Positions 26,769 to 37,608 of a DNA stretch of 64,000 nt are shown piece after piece (position 1 is the stretch's first letter; the number at the start of each line of letters is the position of its first letter). A program made the translations under genes and the position numbers. Source of the DNA: Candidatus Nanopelagicales bacterium (lineage in GTDB: Bacteria; Actinomycetota; Actinomycetes; S36-B12); contig JBDQFC010000006.1 of assembly GCA_040266055.1 (NCBI GenBank), forward strand, positions 28,561 through 92,560, written 5' to 3'. The notes beneath the pieces were generated by a model, which searched no databases, had not been told where the DNA came from, and worked only from the letters and a program-made list of their open reading frames with translations.

Positions 26769-29128
26769 TCGATGTTCGGCTCGTCGCTCCGGCGCTGGTT
26801 GCCTGGGCCGGAGCGCTGGCGAGTCTTCTCGCCTTGTCTCAGATCGAGCCGATGAGCACCCGGCATTCAGTTGCCATTCGCGTCATCCAAGTCCTTCTCG
26901 GGGTTGCACCTGTCCTTTTGCTCCTGAGCCGCCGGAAGGCATCCGTCGTCGTATCCATCGCGGCCGGAAGCATTTCTGTACTCGCCAGCGCAGCTCAAGT
27001 GGCGTCCTGGACGGCGCCAGCTGTGGTGGATTCGATGAACTCTCGGGTGGAGATCGTGGGAAGCATCTCGGGCCCACCACGCGACTCGCTGGGTGTTGCC
27101 TACGTCCCGATCACGACGATGTCTATCTCGAAAGCAGAATCGCCGCGCGAGGCAACCGAAGTGCAGATCCCGGTGACCGTCACGGTCCCACGCTTTACGC
27201 AGGCATCGATGCCGGGAACTCCGGTGCGCGTGGCAGGTCGATTGCGTCCGGCCGGTGGATCCTTGACTACGGCTGCATACCTCGATGCTGACGCAGGTCT
27301 GACGGTCATTGGCACTCCATCGCCCGTCGATCGCGCAGCCCAAGCTGTGCGTGACTCGCTCGTGTCCGCCCTACCGGCAGCGCCGCTCGGCGGCTCGGCT
27401 CTTGTGGCAGGACTCGCCATCGGCGACGAAGAGCAAATGTCTCCAGAATTGATCGAGCAGATGCGGATGAGCGGGCTGTCGCACCTCACCGCTGTGTCCG
27501 GTGGCAACGTGGCAATCGTCGTTGGAGCAATCGCCGGGGTCGCTTGGCTGTTACGCCTACCGATGGTGGCACGCATCGCGGTGTCGCTGGCGGCACTTGG
27601 CTTCTACGTCATCGTCGTCCAGCCGCAACCCAGCGTTTTGCGTGCCGGAGTGATGGGTGCTGTGGTGGTGCTTTCGCTGATCGTGGGAGGTCGGCGACCT
27701 GGGCCCAGCATCCTCGCTACAGCGGTGCTCATTCTGGTCGTGGTTGCACCGTCATTGTCGGCGAGTTGGGGGTTCGCCCTTTCGATTGCCGCCACGGCGG
27801 GCATCGTCCTCATTGCTCCGATCATGAAGGCACGCATCGAAGCGACCAGCCTGGGTGAACGCCTGCCACCTGCGGTGACTATCGCCGCCACCATCACCCT
27901 CGCTGCGCAGTTCGCAACGGCTCCGGTGCTGTTGGCGATGGGTGCCTATGTGGGGATCGCCGCTGTTCCGGCCAACCTGCTGGCGATGCCTGTCGTACCG
28001 CTCATCACTATCGCTGGTCTCGCAGCGGCCCTGGTGGGTGTTCTTCCGTTCGGCGGCATGCCCGCCCAACTGATGGCATGGGTCGGAGCGTGGGCCGGGG
28101 AGTGGATTGCGCATGTTGCTCGAGTCGCGTCCGGTGTGGACCTGCTGAGAATCCGCGGATCCCCGATTGGTGCCGTCGCATTCTTGGGCGTCGTCGTCGT
28201 TGCTCTTGCCTTGTGGTGGGTGACGTCCCTGCAACGCTTCGCCCATATGCGGATGTATGCGCTACCCATCGCTGCAGCAGTGGTCATCGGAACCGTCGTG
28301 TGGTGGCTCTTCCCACCTGGTCAACGTGCATGGCCGCCGGATGGCTGGGTGATAACGCAATGTGATGTCGGTCAAGGTGACGGTCTCGTTATCGCACCGG
28401 ATGGCAACGCAGGTGCGGTTGTCGTCGATACCGGAATCTCCGCTCGTGTCATCGATGAGTGCTTGAGTGATCTTGGTATCGACCACATCTCTGCGCTCGT
28501 CCTTACTCACTTCCATGCCGATCACGTCAGCGGGCTGGCAGGTGTGATCGACGGTCGCAGGGTGGATGCGGTGTTCGCAACGGTTCTCAATGAACCGCGT
28601 GAGCAGTTCGAGGGGGTCGAGTTCGAACTTGCTCGCCGAGGGCTCACCTTGGATCGACTCACGGCGGGAGCCACCTTGCGCATCGGCTCGGGGCAGTACT
28701 CGGTGGTGTGGCCGCGGCGGATCATCACAACGGGTCGGATCTCTGAGGGCTCGGCGGCGAATAACGCCAGCATCGTGCTCGATGCGCAGGTTCAGGGCGT
28801 GCGATTGCTCCTCACTGGCGACATCGAGCCCCCGGCGCAAGCAGCGCTCCTGGGTGGCCCGGGTGACTTCGACGTAGCGAAGATTCCGCACCACGGTTCC
28901 AGGCACCAACACCCGAACTTCGCGCAATGGGCGGATGCGGACATTGCTGTTGTGAGCGTTGGGGAGGACAACGGATTCGGGCACCCGGCCCCCAGCACAC
29001 TCCAGTCCTGGTCACGCAGCGGAGCGTTTGTGGTGCGAACCGACCTCGCGGGCGACATCGCGATCGTCAAGAACGACGACGGCACCCTCGCGGTGGGCAC
29101 GCAACGTGACATGCTGAGCCCACCATGA
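26765..29128 (+). CDS. comEC: ComEC/Rec2 DNA internalisation channel with C-terminal metallo-beta-lactamase domain
   Basis: 787 aa. GTGA overlap with comEA. Polytopic competence domain. MBL motif LTHFHADHVSG. Confidence 0.85.
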   Translation: MIDVRLVAPALVAWAGALASLLALSQIEPMSTRHSVAIRVIQVLLGVAPVLLLLSRRKASVVVSIAAGSISVLASAAQVASWTAPAVVDSMNSRVEIVGSISGPPRDSLGVAYVPITTMSISKAESPREATEVQIPVTVTVPRFTQASMPGTPVRVAGRLRPAGGSLTTAAYLDADAGLTVIGTPSPVDRAAQAVRDSLVSALPAAPLGGSALVAGLAIGDEEQMSPELIEQMRMSGLSHLTAVSGGNVAIVVGAIAGVAWLLRLPMVARIAVSLAALGFYVIVVQPQPSVLRAGVMGAVVVLSLIVGGRRPGPSILATAVLILVVVAPSLSASWGFALSIAATAGIVLIAPIMKARIEATSLGERLPPAVTIAATITLAAQFATAPVLLAMGAYVGIAAVPANLLAMPVVPLITIAGLAAALVGVLPFGGMPAQLMAWVGAWAGEWIAHVARVASGVDLLRIRGSPIGAVAFLGVVVVALALWWVTSLQRFAHMRMYALPIAAAVVIGTVVWWLFPPGQRAWPPDGWVITQCDVGQGDGLVIAPDGNAGAVVVDTGISARVIDECLSDLGIDHISALVLTHFHADHVSGLAGVIDGRRVDAVFATVLNEPREQFEGVEFELARRGLTLDRLTAGATLRIGSGQYSVVWPRRIITTGRISEGSAANNASIVLDAQVQGVRLLLTGDIEPPAQAALLGGPGDFDVAKIPHHGSRHQHPNFAQWADADIAVVSVGEDNGFGHPAPSTLQSWSRSGAFVVRTDLAGDIAIVKNDDGTLAVGTQRDMLSPP

Positions 29129-30120
29129 GTGCACCGGCCCGCATCACCCTCGTCCGCGGTGGCGAGCAGGCGTTGGTTGATCGTGCCGTCAGCTCCACGG
29201 TGACCGCGATCAGACGATCTGCCCCGGAAGCCGACCGCGTCAACATCGATGCGAGTACTGAGGACGCTGCCCAGGATTTCCGATACGCGTGTGCGCCCAC
29301 GTTGTTCGGTGGTGACATGGTCGTCGTGGTGACAGGCCTGCAGTCCGCCGATGAGTCATTCGCAGGTGCACTTGGGGATGTCTTGGATGAGGGCCCTGAG
29401 AACGTGTGGCTGATCGTGCACCACGACGCCACGGCGGGCGGGAAGAAACTGCTCGAAGTTGTCCGCGGGGCGGGGGCCAACGAGATTGAGTGCCTGGCGG
29501 TCAAGAAGGGTAAGCGGACGATCGAGGTGGTCTCTAAAGAGTTCGCCCGGAACAAGCGCCACGCCACCTCCGATGCCGTCAATGTTCTCTACGAATCCGT
29601 CGGGCATGACCTACCCATGCTTTTTGCTGCCGTGAGCCAATTGGTTGCTGACGTCCAAGACGATCCGATCACCGAAGAGCACGTGCACGCATATTTCGCT
29701 GGCGTCGCGGATGTTGCCGGATGGCAGATCGCTGACCACGTTTGGCACCGGCGGCCGGCTCAAGCCCTGGAGTCGGTTCGGCATGCCGCGGCGACCGGTA
29801 ACGAATCCGGCGTGGGCGTGATGAGCGTTCTTGCTATGGCATCGGCGCTGCGCGACATCATCCGAGTTGGTGGCTTGGGACCTGGTGCCAGTGAGTCCGA
29901 TGTCGCCCGAGAACTGGGTATCCCGCCGTGGAAAGTCTCGCTGGTTCGTCAGCAGTGGTCGCGTTGGAGCGGTGATCAACGACGCCTAGCGGCATCGCTC
30001 GTGGAATTGGCTGATGCTGAGGCCTTGATGAAAGGGGGACTTGAGCCCGGACAGGCTTTGGATGTCGAGCAGAAGATGTTCGAGCTTGAAAAACTCGTAG
30101 TCTCATCGAGCGCTCGCTAG
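29125..30120 (+). CDS. holA: DNA polymerase III subunit delta
   Basis: 331 aa. ATGA overlap with comEC. Conserved comEC-holA / rpsT arrangement and an N-terminus typical of delta (ITLVRGGEQALVDRAV). Confidence 0.8.
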   Translation: MSAPARITLVRGGEQALVDRAVSSTVTAIRRSAPEADRVNIDASTEDAAQDFRYACAPTLFGGDMVVVVTGLQSADESFAGALGDVLDEGPENVWLIVHHDATAGGKKLLEVVRGAGANEIECLAVKKGKRTIEVVSKEFARNKRHATSDAVNVLYESVGHDLPMLFAAVSQLVADVQDDPITEEHVHAYFAGVADVAGWQIADHVWHRRPAQALESVRHAAATGNESGVGVMSVLAMASALRDIIRVGGLGPGASESDVARELGIPPWKVSLVRQQWSRWSGDQRRLAASLVELADAEALMKGGLEPGQALDVEQKMFELEKLVVSSSAR

Positions 30121-30155
30121 CGCGAGCAACTGGTGGACGAGAGGCTGCTGAGGGA

Positions 30156-30416
30156 CTACAGCGCCGCGGCGCGCTTGCTGATGGCCGACTTGCGATTGGC
30201 GGCCTGGTTGGCGTGGATGACGCCCTTGCTGGCTGCCTTGTCGAGAGCGCGGTTAGCCTCGCGAGCCAGAGCGGTAGCTGCGGCGGCGTCGCCGGAATCG
30301 GCGGCCTCGCGGAACTTGCGAATGGCGGTCTTGAGAGAGGACTTGACGTCCTTGTTACGCAGGCGCGCCTTCTCATTGGTGCCGATGCGCTTCTTTTGCG
30401 ACTTGATGTTCGCCAC
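30156..30416 (-). CDS. rpsT: 30S ribosomal protein S20
   Basis: 86 aa, [25 protein letters not shown] start with AGAGGA upstream. Confidence 0.96.
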   Translation of the reverse strand: MANIKSQKKRIGTNEKARLRNKDVKSSLKTAIRKFREAADSGDAAAATALAREANRALDKAASKGVIHANQAANRKSAISKRAAAL

Positions 30417-30557
30417 GGACGTTCCTCTAACTCTCGTTGCTCTCGATGTACTACCGATTCAGGTTTTGCACCACAGTGATCTGCAGCCGCATAAGAGTAC
30501 CCGTACCCTGGGCTCAGCCCCCGAGCGGCCCCGACCGGCCCTCCTGACCAGCACCGC

Positions 30558-32456
30558 ATGCGCGACTGCCCACCCGAAAGGACGCCCGTGAGCCAACAGC
30601 CGGCCGCCGGAGTACCGGCCAGCGGAAATTCGGCCCCGGGCAGCACCGATGCAGGTGTGATCCGAAACTTCTGCATCATTGCTCATATCGACCACGGCAA
30701 GTCCACGCTGGCCGATCGCATGCTGCAGATGACCGGCGTGGTGGACGACCGCTCGATGCGGGCGCAGTACCTCGATCGAATGGATATCGAGCGCGAGCGT
30801 GGAATCACTATCAAGTCCCAGGCGGTTCGTTTGCCGTATACCGCTGGTGACGGCCGTGAGTACGTGCTGAATTTGATCGACACCCCCGGTCACGTGGACT
30901 TCACCTACGAGGTGTCCCGCTCGTTGGCCGCCTGCGAAGGTGCCGTGCTGTTGGTCGATGCAGCCCAGGGGATCGAAGCCCAGACACTGGCCAACTTGTA
31001 TCTCGCTTTGGAAAATGATCTGCAGATCATCCCGGTACTTAACAAGATCGACCTTCCTGCGGCCCAGCCAGAGAAGTACGCGGCGGAACTCGCACACATC
31101 ATCGGATGTCGTCCTGAAGACGTTCTGAAGGTTTCGGCGAAGACGGGCGAAGGTGTGGGCGAGTTGCTCCAAACGATCGTCGATCTGATTCCGGCTCCGG
31201 TTGGTGACCCCGGTGCGCCGGCTCGCGCGATGATCTTTGACTCGGTCTACGACACCTATCGCGGTGTCGTCACCTACGTCCGGGTCGTGGACGGTCGGAT
31301 AGGTACGCGCGATCGCATCACGATGATGTCCACCGGTGCAGTCCATGAACTACTGGAGGTCGGTGTCATCTCACCGGAGCCGCTGCCCGGCAAAGGCTTG
31401 GGCGTAGGTGAGGTGGGCTACCTGATCACCGGCGTGAAGGACGTTCGTCAGTCGCGAGTTGGTGACACCGTCACCACAGCCACCAAGGGCGCGTCCGACC
31501 CGCTCGGCGGCTACCGCGACCCCAAGCCGATGGTCTTCTCGGGCCTGTATCCGATCGATGGCTCGGACTATCCGGTCCTGCGCGACGCGTTGGATCGTCT
31601 AAAGCTCAACGACGCTGCCTTGCAGTACGAGCCGGAAACCTCAGTGGCTCTCGGGTTCGGCTTCCGTTGTGGATTCCTCGGGCTACTCCACCTGGAAATC
31701 GTGCGTGAGCGACTCGAGCGGGAATTTGATCTCGATCTCATCTCTACGGCTCCGAACGTTATCTACACGGTCGAGATGGAAGACGGCAAAGAGTCCGTCG
31801 TGACCAATCCCAGCGAGTTCCCCGAGGGCAAGGTGGCAGCAGTGACCGAGCCGGTCGTCAAGGCGACCGTCATCTTGCCCAGCGATTTCGTGGGTACCGT
31901 GATGGAGTTATGTCAGGCCCGTCGCGGAACCCTACTTGGCATGGACTACCTCTCCGAGGACCGCGTGGAGATGCGCTACACATTGCCGCTGGCTGAGATC
32001 GTTTTTGATTTCTTCGACCAGTTGAAGTCCCGTACCCGCGGCTATGCCTCACTCGATTACGAGCCCAGTGGCGAGCAGACGGCGGACCTGGTGAAGGTGG
32101 ACATCCTGCTGCACGGTGATCCGGTGGACGCCTTCTCGGCGATCGTGCACAAGGACAAGGCGTACAGCTACGGCGTCGCGATGGCGCAAAAACTCAGGGA
32201 ACTCATTCCGCGTCAGCAGTATGAGGTGCCGATCCAAGCGGCGATTGGTTCGCGGATCATCGCCCGCGAGACCATCCGCGCCATCCGCAAGGATGTCCTT
32301 GCTAAGTGCTACGGCGGCGACATCTCGCGTAAGCGCAAGTTGCTGGAGAAGCAGAAGGAAGGCAAGAAGCGCATGAAGATGGTGGGTCGCGTGGAAGTGC
32401 CGCAAGAGGCCTTCATCGCTGCGCTCTCCACCTCCGAGGCCGCCACCAAGAAATGA
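30558..32456 (+). CDS. lepA: Elongation factor 4 (LepA)
   Basis: G1 motif [25 protein letters not shown], and the LepA C-terminal domain. The GTG at 30588 (AAAGGA upstream) is an alternative start. Confidence 0.95.
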   Translation: MRDCPPERTPVSQQPAAGVPASGNSAPGSTDAGVIRNFCIIAHIDHGKSTLADRMLQMTGVVDDRSMRAQYLDRMDIERERGITIKSQAVRLPYTAGDGREYVLNLIDTPGHVDFTYEVSRSLAACEGAVLLVDAAQGIEAQTLANLYLALENDLQIIPVLNKIDLPAAQPEKYAAELAHIIGCRPEDVLKVSAKTGEGVGELLQTIVDLIPAPVGDPGAPARAMIFDSVYDTYRGVVTYVRVVDGRIGTRDRITMMSTGAVHELLEVGVISPEPLPGKGLGVGEVGYLITGVKDVRQSRVGDTVTTATKGASDPLGGYRDPKPMVFSGLYPIDGSDYPVLRDALDRLKLNDAALQYEPETSVALGFGFRCGFLGLLHLEIVRERLEREFDLDLISTAPNVIYTVEMEDGKESVVTNPSEFPEGKVAAVTEPVVKATVILPSDFVGTVMELCQARRGTLLGMDYLSEDRVEMRYTLPLAEIVFDFFDQLKSRTRGYASLDYEPSGEQTADLVKVDILLHGDPVDAFSAIVHKDKAYSYGVAMAQKLRELIPRQQYEVPIQAAIGSRIIARETIRAIRKDVLAKCYGGDISRKRKLLEKQKEGKKRMKMVGRVEVPQEAFIAALSTSEAATKK

Positions 32457-33595
32457 GCAAGCCGCTCTCGCTTTACCTGCACATACCGTTTTGTTCCAGC
32501 AGGTGCGGGTACTGTGATTTCAATACCTATACCGCGACCGAACTCGGTGACGGTGTCGATCGAGCGAGCTTTCATGAGCACCTCGAAGCTGAAGTCTCGA
32601 TGGCCGCACGACAACTAGCGCCAACGCACCATGTCGAAACGATCTTCATCGGTGGCGGAACCCCAACCTTGATCGGCGCGCAGGCGCTAACCACACTCAT
32701 CACCCGGATCAAAGAGGATTTCGACGTCGCCCCAACCCTCGAGGTCACCACGGAAGCCAATCCCGACTCCGTGGATCGGCAGATGCTGGACCAACTTCGT
32801 GCGGGTGGGTTCACGCGCATCTCGCTCGGCATGCAAAGCAGCGCCGCGCATGTGCTTGCCACCCTGGAGCGCACTCACACCCCTGGTGCGAGCAGTGCGG
32901 CAGCACAGCAGGCCCGAGCGGCGGGTTTTGAGCACGTGAATCTTGATTTGATCTACGGCACGCCGGGGGAGAGCGATGCCGATCTCGACCGATCGTTGGA
33001 TGAGGTTCTCAAGGCAGGCGTCGATCACGTCTCCGCGTACTCCCTGATCGTCGAGGACGGAACCGCACTAGCCAGGCGAGTTGCTCGGGGTGAAGTGCCG
33101 ATGCCCGACGACGACGTCGCAGCCGATCGCTACGAACTCATCGATGACCGCCTCGCGGCAGCTGGTTTCGACTGGTACGAGGTCAGCAACTGGTCGAAAC
33201 AAGGTGGTGAGTGCCGACACAACATGGCCTACTGGCGCAACGCCGATTGGTGGGGAATCGGTCCTGGTGCTCACAGTCACGTTGATGGCACGCGCTGGTG
33301 GAACGTCAAGCACCCGCGAACGTACGCCCAGCGAATCCAGGCAGGTCTTTCACCACAGGAAGCCGAAGAAACGACAACGCCCGAGCAACGCCGACTCGAG
33401 AAGTTGATGTTGGGCCTTCGCATTCGTCAGGGACTGGCGCAATCCGAGATCGGATGCAGCGACCAGCAACTCGCGAGCCTCGTCGAGCGCGGCCTCATCG
33501 ATGCTGAGTCCGCTGGGCAGCCAGACGCTCGCATCGTGCTTACTCGTAACGGCCGTCTCCTGGCCGACAGCATCGTTCGGGAGCTTTCGACCTAG
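32453..33595 (+). CDS. hemW: Radical SAM heme chaperone HemW (HemN-like, oxygen-independent coproporphyrinogen oxidase family)
   Basis: 380 aa. ATGA overlap with lep[18 protein letters not shown] contains CxxxCxxC. Confidence 0.85.
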   Translation: MSKPLSLYLHIPFCSSRCGYCDFNTYTATELGDGVDRASFHEHLEAEVSMAARQLAPTHHVETIFIGGGTPTLIGAQALTTLITRIKEDFDVAPTLEVTTEANPDSVDRQMLDQLRAGGFTRISLGMQSSAAHVLATLERTHTPGASSAAAQQARAAGFEHVNLDLIYGTPGESDADLDRSLDEVLKAGVDHVSAYSLIVEDGTALARRVARGEVPMPDDDVAADRYELIDDRLAAAGFDWYEVSNWSKQGGECRHNMAYWRNADWWGIGPGAHSHVDGTRWWNVKHPRTYAQRIQAGLSPQEAEETTTPEQRRLEKLMLGLRIRQGLAQSEIGCSDQQLASLVERGLIDAESAGQPDARIVLTRNGRLLADSIVRELST

Positions 33596-33622
33596 GTGGT
33601 ACACCTATTCACGGTGGTACAC
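33595..33622 (+). promoter_or_regulatory. Direct repeat GGTGGTACAC x2 (18-bp period) just upstream of the antitoxin gene; candidate operator
   Basis: Copies at 33595-33604 and 33613-33622. The first starts on the last base of the hemW stop. The second ends 7 nt before the ATG at 33630. Confidence 0.4.
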
Positions 33623-33629
33623 TTTGCGG

Positions 33630-33896
33630 ATGCCTACGACGCGTCCCCGTCATCAGATCACCGAAACAGATGACATCGGTGAAGCCATTGACGCAGGCCT
33701 GCGGGAGTGGCCGGAGCTGAGTCGATCCGACGTGATGCGCGAGTTGATTCTCAAGGGTGCTGAGTCCTTGAAGCTGTCGGCAGCTGAGCGGGCGCTGGCT
33801 GTGGAGTTGGCGTTGAAGGAATTGGCCTCCCTCGACATTCGCTATCCCAAGGACTACCTCGAAGACTTGCGCACAGACTGGGACAGGTATGCCTAG
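33630..33896 (+). CDS. Type II antitoxin (VapB-like, probable ribbon-helix-helix)
   Basis: ORF 33501..33896. The ATG at 33630 gives an 88-aa protein MPTTRPRHQITETDDIGEAIDAG. An 8-nt overlap with the downstream PIN gene supports the antitoxin role. The fold assignment is inferred. Confidence 0.6.
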   Translation: MPTTRPRHQITETDDIGEAIDAGLREWPELSRSDVMRELILKGAESLKLSAAERALAVELALKELASLDIRYPKDYLEDLRTDWDRYA

Positions 33897-34287
33897 GCAA
33901 CTCGTCACGTTGGATGCCAGCATCTTGATCGCGCTATCTGACACCGAGGATCGTCACCACGACGACGCTGCCTCGTTCATCCGAAGCTCGACTTTTCGAC
34001 GACGCCTCTTGGTGCATCCCGTCAACCTCGCCGAAGCAGCCGTGCGCCCCTCGAAGGCTGGCAAGGCTGACCGAGTGCGGGAACTTTGGGAGTTCCTGGG
34101 CGTGAACGTGACGAAAGTCGATGACGACCAACCCTGGCGCCTGGCCTCGCTTAGGGCAGCCACCGGCCTGGGGCTTCCCGATTGCTGTGTTGTGGACACG
34201 GCTCGGCAGGCGAACGCGGCCATCGCCACGTTCGATGCGCGGCTCGCTCAGCGGGCTTCGGATCTAGGCGTAGACTTGGCACTCTGA
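33889..34287 (+). CDS. vapC: PIN-domain toxin VapC
   Basis: 132 aa. Conserved acidic positions in [22 protein letters not shown] and ATFDARLA. Confidence 0.8.
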   Translation: MPRQLVTLDASILIALSDTEDRHHDDAASFIRSSTFRRRLLVHPVNLAEAAVRPSKAGKADRVRELWEFLGVNVTKVDDDQPWRLASLRAATGLGLPDCCVVDTARQANAAIATFDARLAQRASDLGVDLAL

Positions 34288-34302
34288 CCACGGGAGTGCC
34301 AG
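34276..34302 (+). promoter_or_regulatory. CIRCE operator (HrcA binding site)
   Basis: TTGGCACTC-tgaccacgg-GAGTGCCAG versus the consensus TTAGCACTC-N9-GAGTGCTAA (15/18). Lies 21 nt upstream of the hrcA GTG. The left arm overlaps the last vapC codons and its stop (34285-87). Confidence 0.8.
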
Positions 34303-34322
34303 CAGAATTAATAGGAGGTGCC

Positions 34323-35342
34323 GTGCTCGAAGAACGCCGGCTCGCCGTCCTGCGGGCCATCGTGGAGGACTACGTCGCGACCCACGAGCCGGTTGGCTCC
34401 AAGGCCCTGGTCGAACGACACAACCTCGGCGTCTCGCCGGCCACCATCCGCAACGACATGGCGGCGCTGGAGGACGAGGGCTACATCACCCACCCGCACA
34501 CCTCCGCCGGTCGAATCCCCACCGACCGCGGCTACCGGTTGTTCGTCGACCAGATCTCCGACGTCAAGCCGATGAGTGCGGCAGAGCGCAAGGCCATCGA
34601 ACGATTCCTTGGTGATGCTGTCGATCTCGACGACGTCATGGGTCGAACCGTTCGTTTGCTCGCCCAGGTCACCCAGCAGGTGGCGCTGGTGCAATATCCG
34701 TCGCTCGAGCGCAGCAGCGTGCGCCACATTGAATTGATCGCCGTGGGCGAGACGCGCTTGATGCTTGTGGTGATCATGGATACCGGTCGCGTGGAGCAAC
34801 GCGTCATCGAATGTTCCGCTCCATTGTCCGACGACGTCCTTACCGACTTGCGGTCCCGACTCAATGCGGCCGTCGCCGACAAGCCTTTCGCCTTCGTCCC
34901 CGATGCACTCAAGGATCTCGATAAGTCCTTCCAGGCTCAAGACCAGCGGCTAGTCCAGGCGGTGATGGCCACTGTCTTGGAGGCGGTTACCGAGCGCATC
35001 GAGGAACGCGTTGTCCTCGGTGGAACGGCGCATCTGGCGCGCTATCAACAGTCGTTCCCGATGGCGATCCAACCGGTTCTGGAAGCACTCGAAGAGCAGG
35101 TGGTGCTCTTGCGCTTGCTCGGTGAGCTCTCGATCGAGTCTCCGGTGACGGTTCGTATTGGTCAGGAGAACGATGTCCAAGGGCTCGAATCGACTTCCGT
35201 TGTGACCGCCGGTTACGGTCGTAGTGATGAGCCGGTAGCGTCACTCGGCATCGTGGGCCCGACCCACATGGACTACGCCGGAACGATGAGCGCGGTGCAT
35301 GCCGTCGCCCAGTACGTCAGCAAGATTCTCAAGGGACAGTAG
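34323..35342 (+). CDS. hrcA: Heat-inducible transcription repressor HrcA
   Basis: ORF 34182..35342. The GTG at 34323 is preceded by [36 protein letters not shown] is the typical HrcA N-terminus. Confidence 0.93.
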   Translation: MLEERRLAVLRAIVEDYVATHEPVGSKALVERHNLGVSPATIRNDMAALEDEGYITHPHTSAGRIPTDRGYRLFVDQISDVKPMSAAERKAIERFLGDAVDLDDVMGRTVRLLAQVTQQVALVQYPSLERSSVRHIELIAVGETRLMLVVIMDTGRVEQRVIECSAPLSDDVLTDLRSRLNAAVADKPFAFVPDALKDLDKSFQAQDQRLVQAVMATVLEAVTERIEERVVLGGTAHLARYQQSFPMAIQPVLEALEEQVVLLRLLGELSIESPVTVRIGQENDVQGLESTSVVTAGYGRSDEPVASLGIVGPTHMDYAGTMSAVHAVAQYVSKILKGQ

Positions 35343-36494
35343 GTGGCTGTGGCAACGGACTTTTACGCGCTGCTCGGCGTTTCCCGTGAGGCGTCTCCCG
35401 AGGAGATCAAGAAGGCCTATCGCCGTCTTGCTCGCGAATTGCACCCTGATGTGAACCCCGACCCAGAGCATCAGGAGCGCTTCAAGCAGGTAACGGCGGC
35501 CTACGAGGTTCTCTCCGATCCCGACAAGCGTCAGATGTACGACATGGGCGGTGATCCGCTCAGTCAGTCCGGCGGGTTTGGTGGTTTCGGTGCTACCGGG
35601 TTCGACTTCGGCGACATCATGGACGCGTTCTTCGGCGGTGGCGGCGGCGGTCGCCAGCGTGGGCCTCGCACCCGTGCCCGTCGCGGTCAAGATGCCCTGG
35701 TTCGCATCCAGATCGATCTCGCCACGGCCGTCTTCGGTGGTGAGCGCGACATCACCGTGGACACCGCCACGGTCTGCACCACGTGCACCGGTTCGGGCAT
35801 GGCCGAGGGCAGCGAGCCCGAGACGTGCGTGATGTGCAAGGGCGTGGGCGAGATCCAGTCCGTGCAGCGCTCGTTCCTTGGTCAAGTCATGACGTCCCGA
35901 CCGTGTCCGCAGTGCCAGGGCTTCGGCACCACCATCCCGCACCCGTGCCCGGAATGCTCCGGTGAAGGCCGCGTGCGCAGCCGCCGCACTCTGACCATCA
36001 AAGTGCCACCCGGCGTGGACACCGGAACCCGTATCCAGCTCCAAGGCGAGGGCGAGGTCGGTCCCAACGGTGGTTCGGTAGGCGACCTCTTCGTCGAGAT
36101 CGTCGTTACCCCCGATCCAGTGTTCGAACGGCATGGCGATGAACTGCACTGCGTGGTGAAGATCCCGATGTCGGCTGCAGCCCTGGGCACCAGCGTTCAC
36201 CTCGAGACCCTCGACGGTCCCGAAGAAATTGCGGTGACTCCCGGTACCCAAGCGGGAGCGACCCTCACGCTCAAAGGCAAGGGCGCGTCTAGGCTCCGCG
36301 GCGCAGCACGCGGCGATCTCTACGTCCACGTCGATGTCGAGGTGCCTGAAAAACTCGAAGCCCGTGAGCAAGAACTCTTGCGCGAATTCGCCGAACTCCG
36401 CGGAGAGAACACCACCCACGTGGTCACCGCACAAAGCAAGGCCGAGGCCGGTGGGTTGTTCGGCCGACTCAAGGACGCTTTCTCCTCCCGGTGA
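35343..36494 (+). CDS. dnaJ: Molecular chaperone DnaJ
   Basis: J domain DFYALLGV...HPD, G/F region, four CxxCxGxG repeats. Starts directly after the hrcA stop. Confidence 0.95.
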   Translation: MAVATDFYALLGVSREASPEEIKKAYRRLARELHPDVNPDPEHQERFKQVTAAYEVLSDPDKRQMYDMGGDPLSQSGGFGGFGATGFDFGDIMDAFFGGGGGGRQRGPRTRARRGQDALVRIQIDLATAVFGGERDITVDTATVCTTCTGSGMAEGSEPETCVMCKGVGEIQSVQRSFLGQVMTSRPCPQCQGFGTTIPHPCPECSGEGRVRSRRTLTIKVPPGVDTGTRIQLQGEGEVGPNGGSVGDLFVEIVVTPDPVFERHGDELHCVVKIPMSAAALGTSVHLETLDGPEEIAVTPGTQAGATLTLKGKGASRLRGAARGDLYVHVDVEVPEKLEAREQELLREFAELRGENTTHVVTAQSKAEAGGLFGRLKDAFSSR

Positions 36495-37237
36495 GCACTT
36501 CAGTTTTCTTGATCGATTCCGATCGCTCAGCAGAGGCGACCGTCGGTAACGACGTACTGCTCGAAGGCCCCGAAGGCAGACATGCGGTCAGTGTGCAACG
36601 CATCCGTGTTGGGGAGCAGGTCGACCTCGTCGACGGACATGGGCGCCGCATCACCGGGTCAGTCACAGACATCGCCGGCAAGGACACTGCGACCATCCGC
36701 GTCACGAAGATCGACGACGAACCCGAGCCACGGCCGAGGATCACCGCTGTCCAAGCCATCGCCAAGGGCGATCGGGGCGAACTCGCGGTGCAGATGCTGA
36801 CCGAAGCCGGAATTGACGTCGTCGTTCCTTGGCAAGCCGAGCACAGCATCGCCAAATGGGATGCAGAGAAGTCAGCGAAGAATCGCGTGAAGTGGGAGGC
36901 GACGACCCGCGAGGCTGCAAAGCAAGCCCGCCGGTCGTGGATTCCGCGGGTCGATCCGCTCACGGGGTCTGCGGGAGTGGCAGATCTCATCGCGAACTCT
37001 GGTGTGGCATTCGTGCTCGACGAGCAGGCGACCACGGCCCTGACATCGATCGATGCCAGTACCGCCCACGACATCGTGTTGGTGATCGGGCCGGAGGGTG
37101 GCCTCAGTGACAACGAGCGCGAGCAGTTCGCAGACGCCGGCGCCGACCTCGTCCGCCTGGGGCCGAGCGTTCTTCGCACCTCCACCGCCGGAGTCGCGGC
37201 CTTGAGTGTGATTTCCGCCCGGATAGGCCGCTGGTAG
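36491..37237 (+). CDS. rsmE: 16S rRNA (uracil1498-N3)-methyltransferase RsmE
   Basis: 248 aa. GTGA overlap with dnaJ. PUA-like N-terminus and SPOUT C-terminus (VLVIGPEGGLSDNE...LGPSVLRTSTAGVAAL). Confidence 0.85.
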   Translation: MSTSVFLIDSDRSAEATVGNDVLLEGPEGRHAVSVQRIRVGEQVDLVDGHGRRITGSVTDIAGKDTATIRVTKIDDEPEPRPRITAVQAIAKGDRGELAVQMLTEAGIDVVVPWQAEHSIAKWDAEKSAKNRVKWEATTREAAKQARRSWIPRVDPLTGSAGVADLIANSGVAFVLDEQATTALTSIDASTAHDIVLVIGPEGGLSDNEREQFADAGADLVRLGPSVLRTSTAGVAALSVISARIGRW

Positions 37238-37266
37238 GCCCAACAAACCCATGAAAGGATGACGCG

Positions 37267-37608
37267 GTGGCCGACTGCCTGTTCTGCTCCATAGTCGCAG
37301 GGGATATCCCTGCCGACGTCGTGCTGTCCAACGATCACGCCGTCGCCTTCCGCGATATCGCTCCGCAAGCACCGGTGCATGTGCTCGTCATCCCCAAGGA
37401 GCACCACGCGAACGTCGGGGACCTCGCGAGCCACGCACCCGAGTCCACTGCAGCAGTGCTCGAGGCCGCGAAGCAGGTAGCTGAAGCAGAAGGCATCGGC
37501 GATGCCTACCGAGTGGTGTTCAACACCGGTGAGGGTGCCGGGCAAACCGTCTTCCATGTGCACGCCCACGTCCTTGGTGGGCGTGATCTGGAATGGCCCC
37601 CTGGATGA
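37267..37608 (+). CDS. Histidine triad (HIT) nucleotide-binding protein
   Basis: 113 aa, CLFCSIVAGDIPA, HxHxHxx motif HVHAHVLGG. Confidence 0.88.
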   Translation: MADCLFCSIVAGDIPADVVLSNDHAVAFRDIAPQAPVHVLVIPKEHHANVGDLASHAPESTAAVLEAAKQVAEAEGIGDAYRVVFNTGEGAGQTVFHVHAHVLGGRDLEWPPG

